Below, piece after piece: positions 47,493 through 55,161 of a stretch of 64,000 nucleotides of DNA. The notes below the pieces were generated by a model. It was not told the origin of the DNA. It ran no database searches and saw nothing but the letters and a program-made list of their open reading frames with translations. Each line of letters begins with the position of its first letter. Positions within the stretch are counted from its first letter, which is position 1. Source of the stretch: an uncultured Clostridium sp. (GTDB taxonomy: Bacteria > Bacillota > Clostridia > TANB77 > CAG-508). The position numbers and the translations under genes are program-made. The stretch lies in NCBI GenBank assembly GCA_964456505.1, contig CAYWAH010000001.1:37464-101463 (forward strand), given 5' to 3'.

Positions 47493-47984
47493 ATGGCAAT
47501 TAGAAATTTACGTTATCAAAATGATGAAATACTTAGAAAAAAATCAAGAGAGGTTGAAGTAGTTGATGACAAAATAAGAGAACTATTAAATGATATGGAT
47601 GAAACTATGCATGAAGACAATGGCGTAGGACTTTCTGCTGTACAAGTCGGTGTTCTTAAAAGAGTAATTGTTATCGATGTTAAATATGATGGATCTCCAT
47701 CATTGAAATTGGTTAACCCTGTAATCGTCAAAGAAAAGGGAAAACAAGAAGTTGATGAAGGTTGCTTAAGCTTTCCAAATGAATATGCAAAAGTAATTAG
47801 ACCAAAAGAAGTTGTCGTTGAGGCTCTTGATGAAAATGGAAAAAAGGTAAAAATCAAAGCAGATAATTTATTGGCACAAGCACTTTGCCATGAAATAGAT
47901 CATTTAGATGGAATACTTTTTGTTGACAGAATGGAACCTGGCACACTTGAATACATTGACCCTTCAGAAGAAGACAAAGAGTAA
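47493..47984 (+). CDS. def: Peptide deformylase
   Basis: All three conserved motifs are present: GVGLSAVQVG, EGCLSFP and HEIDHLDG. Confidence 0.9.
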   Translation: MAIRNLRYQNDEILRKKSREVEVVDDKIRELLNDMDETMHEDNGVGLSAVQVGVLKRVIVIDVKYDGSPSLKLVNPVIVKEKGKQEVDEGCLSFPNEYAKVIRPKEVVVEALDENGKKVKIKADNLLAQALCHEIDHLDGILFVDRMEPGTLEYIDPSEEDKE

Positions 47985-48031
47985 TTGATTAAAAAAATAA
48001 ATAAAAATGAAAAGAAAAATAAAATCAATCA

Positions 48032-48061
48032 GGTTTATAGGTAACCTTTAAAAACCTAAAT
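48032..48061 (+). promoter_or_regulatory. Conserved 30-nt motif, copy B (GGTTTATAGGTAACCTTTAAAAACCTAAAT), upstream of fmt
   Basis: A 5-bp hairpin AGGTT-TATAGGT-AACCT carries a compensatory G-C versus T-A change relative to copy A at 41161. The 3' half AAAACCTAAAT is identical. Confidence 0.4.
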
Positions 48062-48087
48062 ATTATTTTAGAATGGATATAATTTCT

Positions 48088-49101
48088 ATGAAAATTGTTT
48101 TTATGGGAACACCTGATTTTGCATTAGAATCTTTAAAAGCATTATATGAAACAGATAATGAAATAGCATTGGTTGTAACAAATCCTGACAGAAAAAAAGG
48201 AAGAGGAATGAAAATGTCTTTTTCTCCTGTAAAAGAATTTGCAGTTGAAAAAAATTTGAATATTTCACAACCAATCAAAATTAGAGATAATGAAGAGTTT
48301 GCAGAAGAACTTAGAAAAATAGAACCAGACCTATTCTGTGTAGTTGCCTATGGAAAAATTTTACCAAAAGAAATTTTAGAGATTCCTAAATATGGCTCAA
48401 TAAATGTACATGGTTCACTACTTCCAGAATATAGGGGAGCATGCCCAATTCAATGGTCTGTAATCAATGGAGATAAAGAAACAGGAATTACTACAATGTT
48501 TATGGATGAGGGAATGGACACAGGAGACATTATTTTACAAGAAAAAGTTTCAATAGGAGATGATGAAACACTAGGAGAATTGTGGAATAGACTTGCTATT
48601 TTAGGTGGAAAGAAATTAGTAGAAACAGTTTCAAAAATAGAGCAAGAATCTAGCAAAATATCAAATGTAAATGATATAAAAAGCGAGATAAAAAAATTAG
48701 TTAATGCTAAAAAACAAGGAGAAAAATTTACTATTGCTCCAATGCTTACAAAAGAAATTGCAAAAATAAATTGGAATGAAAGTTCATTAAAAATTAAAAA
48801 TCTAATAAGAGGGCTTAACCCTGAAATGGGAGCATATGCTATATACAATGGAAAAAAAATAAAAGTTTGGATAGCACAAATTGTTAATGAAAATGCTTTG
48901 AATGAACTAATACAAGATAACATTGAAATTAACAAATTTAAACCAGGAGAAATTATTCTAGCTGATAGAAGAAAAGGATTACTTGTAAAAACAGGAGATG
49001 GAGTAATTAGCTTACTTGAACTTCAACCAGAGAATTCAAAAAGAATGGACTACACAAATTTTCTAAATGGATATAAAGTTGAGGGTAAATTCGAAAACTA
49101 A
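48088..49101 (+). CDS. fmt: Methionyl-tRNA formyltransferase
   Basis: It has the N-terminus MKIVFMGTPDFA and the motifs NVHGSLLP and HxxD. An alternative upstream ATG lies at 48073. Confidence 0.85.
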   Translation: MKIVFMGTPDFALESLKALYETDNEIALVVTNPDRKKGRGMKMSFSPVKEFAVEKNLNISQPIKIRDNEEFAEELRKIEPDLFCVVAYGKILPKEILEIPKYGSINVHGSLLPEYRGACPIQWSVINGDKETGITTMFMDEGMDTGDIILQEKVSIGDDETLGELWNRLAILGGKKLVETVSKIEQESSKISNVNDIKSEIKKLVNAKKQGEKFTIAPMLTKEIAKINWNESSLKIKNLIRGLNPEMGAYAIYNGKKIKVWIAQIVNENALNELIQDNIEINKFKPGEIILADRRKGLLVKTGDGVISLLELQPENSKRMDYTNFLNGYKVEGKFEN

Positions 49102-49174
49102 AAAACATTATTATCTACATTAAAAAAATAATTTGTATCATAAAAATGCAAAAAATATATTGAAAAATGTTTAG

Positions 49175-49259
49175 AAAACTGATATATTATAATCGTAGTA
49201 AATAGCAATTAAAAGTGTGCTTTAAATTGCTAGAAAGGAGATTATAGTATATCAGTTTT
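49175..49259 (+). repeat. 85-bp element bounded by a perfect 17-bp inverted repeat (one G.U pair as RNA), with an inner 7-bp hairpin and an embedded AAAGGAG
   Basis: AAAACTGATATATTATA (49175-49191) is complementary to TATAGTATATCAGTTTT (49243-49259). The inner hairpin is AGCAATT...AATTGCT (49204-49231). The SD-like AAAGGAG lies at 49234-49240 inside the loop. Confidence 0.55.
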
Positions 49260-49277
49260 ATACTATAAAGAAATTGT

Positions 49278-50807
49278 ATGAGTAGAGGAAGAAGATTTGA
49301 TGGAGAACCAAAATTAAATGTAAAAAAGGTAGTAGTTGTTCTTCTTAGCCTAATTCTTATTATTTTAATGGTTGCACTTATGATAAACTTTCTAAAGAAA
49401 GATAAAAAAACCTCAAAAACTAAAAATATAACTAATTCATATCAACTAGTTTTTACTAATAATAAATGGGGAATAATTAATTCAAAGGGAGAATTTGTAA
49501 TTAACCCTACTTATAATGAAATGCTTACTATTCCTGATTCAACAAAGGCAATATTTATTTATCAAACAAATGTTGATTATACAAATGGAACATATAAGTC
49601 TAAAGCGATAAATGATAAATCAGAAGTATTATTTTCAGGATATGATTCAGTAGAGGCAATACAAAATATTGATAGTACAGGATCAGTTTTTTATGATACA
49701 AATACCTTAAAAGTTTCAAAAGATGGAAAATATGGCTTGATAAATTTTGAAGGAAAAGAACTTTTAAAACCAGAGTATGATTCAATTGAAACTTTAAATA
49801 AAATAAAAAATTGCTATGTAACAACTAAAAATAATTTAAAAGGATTAGTTGATAATGCAGGAAATGTCATAATTGACAATACATATGCAGATATCAAACC
49901 ATTAACAGATAAATATGAAAATGGTTTTGTTGTAAAAAATAATAGTAGTCAATATGGCTTAGTAAACTACACAAAACAAACAGTACTTGAATGCAAATAT
50001 AATGAAATCTTACCTGTAACTGGAAGCGATATGTATGTAGTTAAAAATAATGATTCACTAGAATTAGTAAAAAAAGGTGATGAATCAGTATTGAAACTAA
50101 CAGGTTATGATGATGTAGTAAGCATTGATGGAGAAAATATTATAGTTAAAAAAGGTAATAATTACGGAGTGATTGATACAGAAGGAAATACTGTATTGAA
50201 TGCTGAATATCAGGATTTATCATATTTGTATAACGATAAATATATTGCTAAAAAGAATGACAAATATGGAATAATTGATATTACAGGAAGTGAAGTTATT
50301 CCATTTAAATATACTAAAATTACTTACATGAGTGAAGAAGGATTTATTGAAGCAGATAATGAAGATGGTACAACAGATTTACTTGATACAAATTTAACAG
50401 TAAAGTGTACAGGAATTGTTTCTGAAATAAATACAACATATAGCTTCGTTAAAGTTAGAGAAAATGGCGAATACAAATATTACAAATATACTTTAGAGGA
50501 AGAAGACCAAAAAGATGCATATCCATCAAATACTATTTTCCTATCAAAGAAAGATGGAAAATACGGATTTGTTGATAAAAACGGAATTGTAATTGTTGAC
50601 TATATTTATGATGATGCAACAGAAGAAAATAAATTTGGCTATGCTGCTGTTAAAAAAGATGGAAAGTGGGGAGCAATTGATGCACAAGGAAATATTGTAG
50701 TTGAACCATCACTTGATTTAACATACAACACGGTAATAAGTTTTATTGGAAAATATCATTTAGCACCTGACTTAAATGCAAACTATTATACAAATGTAAA
50801 CGAGTAA
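49278..50807 (+). CDS. Membrane-anchored WG-repeat (KWG) protein
   Basis: An N-terminal TM helix is followed by about 9 repeats of the form KYG(L/I)I(D/N)..G..V(I/L)...Y. No canonical RBS lies before the first ATG. Confidence 0.5.
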   Translation: MSRGRRFDGEPKLNVKKVVVVLLSLILIILMVALMINFLKKDKKTSKTKNITNSYQLVFTNNKWGIINSKGEFVINPTYNEMLTIPDSTKAIFIYQTNVDYTNGTYKSKAINDKSEVLFSGYDSVEAIQNIDSTGSVFYDTNTLKVSKDGKYGLINFEGKELLKPEYDSIETLNKIKNCYVTTKNNLKGLVDNAGNVIIDNTYADIKPLTDKYENGFVVKNNSSQYGLVNYTKQTVLECKYNEILPVTGSDMYVVKNNDSLELVKKGDESVLKLTGYDDVVSIDGENIIVKKGNNYGVIDTEGNTVLNAEYQDLSYLYNDKYIAKKNDKYGIIDITGSEVIPFKYTKITYMSEEGFIEADNEDGTTDLLDTNLTVKCTGIVSEINTTYSFVKVRENGEYKYYKYTLEEEDQKDAYPSNTIFLSKKDGKYGFVDKNGIVIVDYIYDDATEENKFGYAAVKKDGKWGAIDAQGNIVVEPSLDLTYNTVISFIGKYHLAPDLNANYYTNVNE

Positions 50808-50841
50808 AAATATATTTTAAAAATACGAAAGAAGGAATTTT

Positions 50842-51615
50842 ATGAAAATATATCCATATATAATTGATTCAAAAAAAGTAACAGATTATTATAAGAATTT
50901 GTTAGATGAAAAATACAAGGTTGTTGTTTTTAACAAGAAAGATAATGCTGATATTTATAATTATTTTTTACCAACAACTAGAGATTACATTTTTTGGACA
51001 TTTAATTTAACTAACAAAACAGAATTCAATAAAATTGAAAATGATGTTAAATCAATAATTTGCGCTAAATATCAAACAAATATATTTGAAAAGAATGATA
51101 CAAAAATAATTTGCTTCAAAGAAGGAATCTGCTTTGTTGTTACAGATGATGAAAAAGAAAAAGAAACAATTGTTAAAAATAAATTTGCAGAAAAAATTGA
51201 AAAAATAAACTTGAGAAGTGAAAAAAGCTATGACTTGCCAAGTAAAAAAGAAAATTTAACTGCTGAAGATTATGCATATATTTTTGAATTGTATAAAATG
51301 ATTTATATTGAAAAGATACATCAAGAATTACAAAAGCCAGAAAAATTTGATGCGATTAGAAAAAAATTTATGGGGTTTACTCAAGATGTATTTAATTCAA
51401 GAATAACTGATGATGAAAGTGAAGCAATGAAAATTACCAAATGGGAAGATGATTTACAACTTGATGACAGATATGTTAAGTTGGAAAACCAATTTGATTT
51501 GCTTTATAAAAATAGTAAATTGGACGAAAGCAAAAATTTATTAAATTTTGCTATTATGTTATCAGTAGTTGTAGTAATAATAGAAATAATAAATTTAATA
51601 ATTACCACAATGTAA
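50842..51615 (+). CDS. Hypothetical tail-anchored protein (C-terminal TM helix)
   Basis: An AAGGAA RBS precedes the start. It has a single C-terminal hydrophobic helix (AIMLSVVVVIIEIINLII) and no recognisable family. Confidence 0.4.
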   Translation: MKIYPYIIDSKKVTDYYKNLLDEKYKVVVFNKKDNADIYNYFLPTTRDYIFWTFNLTNKTEFNKIENDVKSIICAKYQTNIFEKNDTKIICFKEGICFVVTDDEKEKETIVKNKFAEKIEKINLRSEKSYDLPSKKENLTAEDYAYIFELYKMIYIEKIHQELQKPEKFDAIRKKFMGFTQDVFNSRITDDESEAMKITKWEDDLQLDDRYVKLENQFDLLYKNSKLDESKNLLNFAIMLSVVVVIIEIINLIITTM

Positions 51616-51628
51616 ATAAGGATTAATT

Positions 51629-51997
51629 ATGGTTGGAACAGATATAATTGAAGTTAATAGAATAGAAAATGCAATGCAAGATGAAAATTTTGCATTGCGT
51701 GTTTTTACTCAAAACGAAATTGCTTATTGTGAAAAATTTAAGGGTAAAACAAAATATCAACATTATGCTGCTAGATTTGCTGCAAAGGAAGCGGTATTTA
51801 AAGCAATATCTTTTACACTAAATAGTAAATATGATATTGATTTTAAAGACATTGAAGTATTAAATGATAAAGATGGTAGACCTTACATAAGAATTTTAAA
51901 TGCCGATAAATTGCCTGATGAAGTAAAAAAATTAAAAATAAATGTGAGCTTGTCACATATTGAAGATTATGCAATTGCAGTAGTAGAAACTAAATAG
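51629..51997 (+). CDS. acpS: Holo-[acyl-carrier-protein] synthase
   Basis: The AcpS signature is GTDIIEVNRI..........FT..E. The protein is 122 aa. Confidence 0.8.
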   Translation: MVGTDIIEVNRIENAMQDENFALRVFTQNEIAYCEKFKGKTKYQHYAARFAAKEAVFKAISFTLNSKYDIDFKDIEVLNDKDGRPYIRILNADKLPDEVKKLKINVSLSHIEDYAIAVVETK

Positions 51998-52048
51998 TTT
52001 AAACCCAATATGTTAGCTTACTAAAGTACATTTTAATACAAATTATAA

Positions 52049-52078
52049 TTCACATGAGATATTCATGTGAACTTTTTA
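52049..52078 (+). terminator. Rho-independent terminator after acpS
   Basis: The stem TTCACATGA / TCATGTGAA has loop GATAT and is followed by CTTTTTAAAT. Confidence 0.55.
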
Positions 52079-52100
52079 AATAGAGGTATGAGGTATAGAT

Positions 52101-52874
52101 ATGGAATACTTTGATAATCATTGTCATTATGATGATGAAAAATTTGATGGCGACAGAGAACAATTGATAGAAGATGTATTTAATTCAGGAGTAACAAGAA
52201 TGATTTCAGCAGGATATAGTTTGCAAGGCTCAAAGAATTCAATTGCTCTTGCAAGGAAATATCCTTATATATATTCAACTGTAGGAATATCTCCAAATGA
52301 TATAAATGAAAATTATAAAAATGAATTAATCGAAATTGAAGAGTTGTTAAAGAATAGAACACAAGAAGATAAAATTGTTGCAATTGGAGAAATAGGTCTT
52401 GATTATCATTATGATACTCCAATTGAAATTCAAAAAGAAGTTTTTATCAAGCAAATAGAATATGCGAACAAGTATGATTTTCCAATAGTAATACATACTA
52501 GAGATGCTGTAATGGACACGTTATCAATTTTAAAAGAACACTCAGTAAATAAGAAAGGAATTTTTCACTGTTGTCCATTAAATAGAGAACTAGTAAAAGA
52601 AGGTTTGAAACTTGGATTTTATATTTCTTTCTCTGGAATTGTTACTTTTAAAAATTCACATGGAGAGGAAATTGCCAAGCAAGTTCCTGACGACAGATTT
52701 TTAATTGAAACAGATGCACCTTATCTTTCTCCAGAGCCTGTAAGAGGAACGAGAAATGACTCAAGAAACTTAAAGTATATTGTTAAAAAAATCGCGGAGT
52801 TTAAAGAAATTTCAGAAGAAAAAGTTGCTAAAATGTCTTATGAAAATGCAAACAAAATTTATAATATAAAATAA
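52101..52874 (+). CDS. tatD: TatD-family metal-dependent DNase
   Basis: It carries DNHCHYD (HxH), GEIGLDYH and IETDAPYL. The protein is 257 aa. Confidence 0.85.
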   Translation: MEYFDNHCHYDDEKFDGDREQLIEDVFNSGVTRMISAGYSLQGSKNSIALARKYPYIYSTVGISPNDINENYKNELIEIEELLKNRTQEDKIVAIGEIGLDYHYDTPIEIQKEVFIKQIEYANKYDFPIVIHTRDAVMDTLSILKEHSVNKKGIFHCCPLNRELVKEGLKLGFYISFSGIVTFKNSHGEEIAKQVPDDRFLIETDAPYLSPEPVRGTRNDSRNLKYIVKKIAEFKEISEEKVAKMSYENANKIYNIK

Positions 52875-52945
52875 CATGTAAATTATTGATTTTTTATTAT
52901 GATTTTGTTATAATAAATTTATCAAAAATGAGGGGAGATTTGAAA

Positions 52946-53500
52946 ATGAAATTATGGGTAATCATATTAATTATTATTGCTGTTTTAATAGTTCTTTGGA
53001 TTATTAATACATATAATAGTTTAATACGCTTAAAAAACAAAGTTCAAGAAGCATTTGCAACAATGGATGTTTATTTAAAGAAAAGATGGGACTTAGTTCC
53101 AAACCTTGTTGAAGTTGTAAAAGGCTATGCAAAGCACGAAGAATCTACATTTAAAGAAATAGCAGAATTAAGATCAGGCTCATATGGAGATATGTCTAAT
53201 GCTGATAAAATTGATGCTAACAATAAATTAAGCGCACAACTTTCAAAAATAGTTGCAGTTGCTGAAAACTATCCTGAATTAAAAGCAAATGAAAACTTTG
53301 TAAAATTACAAGGACAATTAGAAGACTTTGAAAAAGACATAGCAGAATCTAGAAAATACTACAATGCTGTTGTATTAAAATACAATAATGCTGTTATGTT
53401 ATTCCCACAAAACATAGTTGCTTCAATGTTCCATTTCACAACAGAAAAAATGTTTGAAGCTGCTGAAAATGAACGTGAGAATGTAAAAGTTCAATTCTAA
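52946..53500 (+). CDS. lemA: LemA-family membrane protein
   Basis: A GAGGGGAG RBS lies 8 nt upstream. An N-terminal TM helix is followed by the conserved LemA core YNSLIRLKN...A.....L.KR.DL.PNLVE.VK.Y..HE. Confidence 0.75.
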   Translation: MKLWVIILIIIAVLIVLWIINTYNSLIRLKNKVQEAFATMDVYLKKRWDLVPNLVEVVKGYAKHEESTFKEIAELRSGSYGDMSNADKIDANNKLSAQLSKIVAVAENYPELKANENFVKLQGQLEDFEKDIAESRKYYNAVVLKYNNAVMLFPQNIVASMFHFTTEKMFEAAENERENVKVQF

Positions 53501-53575
53501 TTGAAAAGATTATCAATAAATAATTAGTAATAAAATAATAAACTCTTGCATATAATATATGTGGGAGTTTTTTTT

Positions 53576-54379
53576 ATGAATATTGGATATGTAAATATAA
53601 AAAAAGTGAATAAAAACAAAAACTTTATACATATTTTTATTGACTATATGGCAATTATATTTCATTCTATATTCCAACCGGTTTGGAACTTGAAATATAG
53701 AAAAAGTGAATATTTTATAGTTAATACAAAAAAGAAAACTTTAAGAATTTTAAAAGAAAAGTTAACAAAGGATAAGATTGATTTTATAGTAACAGAAGGA
53801 AATTTAAAAATAGATTACAGAACAATTAACGAAAGAAACGTTGCAAAATATTTTATAAAAGATATTATAGATTCTATAAGAACAAAATATAAAATTTATG
53901 ATACGAATGTATACATTTGTACAAATGAATATACAGATGAAAATGTTTACATAATAAGAGAATTAGTTAACAAGTTTAATTTAGTAAATATTATTACTGA
54001 AAATACGAAATTTAAGAATCTAGAAAAATCACTGGAAAGAGAAAATAAATACATAGTTGTTTCTTTTAATAAGAGATTGGCTTTAAAAAAGGCCAGATTT
54101 GCAATAAATTTTGACATTAAAAATTTGAAAAAATTTAATATGAATTCAAATATTGTAATGATAAATTTTATAGATGGAGTTGAACTTCCAGAAAATGTTT
54201 ACGAAAAAATACAACCTTCAATCATATTGAATTCTAAAAAGATTATGAGAACGTTTTGCGAACACAAAAATTTTGAAAAATCAAAACTTATAACGTGTGA
54301 GATGTTAAAAGCCGGAAACTATAATAATATAAGGAATAAAATAAATTCAGACAAAATTTTTGTAGAATCTTGTCAATGA
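53576..54379 (+). CDS. Hypothetical Lys/Asn-rich protein
   Basis: A GGGAG RBS lies 8 nt upstream of the ATG. There is no recognisable family. Confidence 0.4.
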   Translation: MNIGYVNIKKVNKNKNFIHIFIDYMAIIFHSIFQPVWNLKYRKSEYFIVNTKKKTLRILKEKLTKDKIDFIVTEGNLKIDYRTINERNVAKYFIKDIIDSIRTKYKIYDTNVYICTNEYTDENVYIIRELVNKFNLVNIITENTKFKNLEKSLERENKYIVVSFNKRLALKKARFAINFDIKNLKKFNMNSNIVMINFIDGVELPENVYEKIQPSIILNSKKIMRTFCEHKNFEKSKLITCEMLKAGNYNNIRNKINSDKIFVESCQ

Positions 54380-54407
54380 AAAATTTGTGAAAAATATATG
54401 AAATATA

Positions 54408-54436
54408 TTGACAAAATTTTAAAAAAAGAGTACTAT
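54408..54436 (+). promoter_or_regulatory. greA promoter: -35 TTGACA (54408-54413), 17 nt, -10 TACTAT (54431-54436)
   Basis: The -35 hexamer is consensus and the spacing is 17 nt. Confidence 0.45.
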
Positions 54437-54508
54437 AAAACACGTAATTTAAGAATAAGTAGCATTGGCGTGCTACTTATTATATTATTTTATAGGAGAT
54501 GACTGATT

Positions 54509-54988
54509 ATGGAAGATGAAGAAGTTATTTTGACACAAGAAGGATATGATAAAATGGAAGCTGAGCTTGAAAATTTGAAAACCAACGAGAGAACAGCGAT
54601 ATCAGATAGAATTAGAGTTGCTTTAGGATATGGTGATTTGTCAGAAAATTCAGAGTATGATGAAGCCAAATCTGCACAAGAAGCAAATGAAAATAAAATA
54701 ATTGAACTAGAAAACAAACTAAGACATGCAAAAATAATAGATGAATCTGAAATAGATACAAAAACAGTTCAAGTAGGTAATACTGTAAAAGTACATGATT
54801 TAGATTTTGATGAAGATGTAAAATATACTATAGTAGGTTCAACAGAAGTTGATTTAGCAACAAATAAGATTTCAAATGAATCACCAATCGGTGCAGCTTT
54901 ATTAGGAGCTAAAAAAGGTAATACAGTTGAAGCTCATTTACCAAATGGTAATGTTTCCAAATTTAAAATCCTATCTATAACAAAATAA
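54509..54988 (+). CDS. greA: Transcription elongation factor GreA
   Basis: It has an N-terminal coiled coil with the acidic tip LSENSEYDEAK and a C-terminal FKBP-like domain. Confidence 0.85.
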   Translation: MEDEEVILTQEGYDKMEAELENLKTNERTAISDRIRVALGYGDLSENSEYDEAKSAQEANENKIIELENKLRHAKIIDESEIDTKTVQVGNTVKVHDLDFDEDVKYTIVGSTEVDLATNKISNESPIGAALLGAKKGNTVEAHLPNGNVSKFKILSITK

Positions 54989-55161
54989 GTAAATTAAAAT
55001 GGCGCAAGATTAAGGCAAAAACATAAATAAATTGCTTTATCATTGCGCTATTTTTTTATTTATTTTTATTCGAGATAATGTTGTATTATTATTTTTTTTG
55101 TAATATAATAGTAACAAGTTTGAAATACAAATGTTAAATGAAAAGAGAAAGGTATTATCTT

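Noticed and set aside
49227-49240. Use of the AAAGGAG at 49234-49240 as the RBS of the WG-repeat gene, implying a different start codon.
   Set aside because: No ATG, GTG or TTG occurs in frame with the long ORF at 4-12 nt spacing from that SD. The SD sits within the loop of the 17-bp inverted repeat, so it is reported as part of that element instead.
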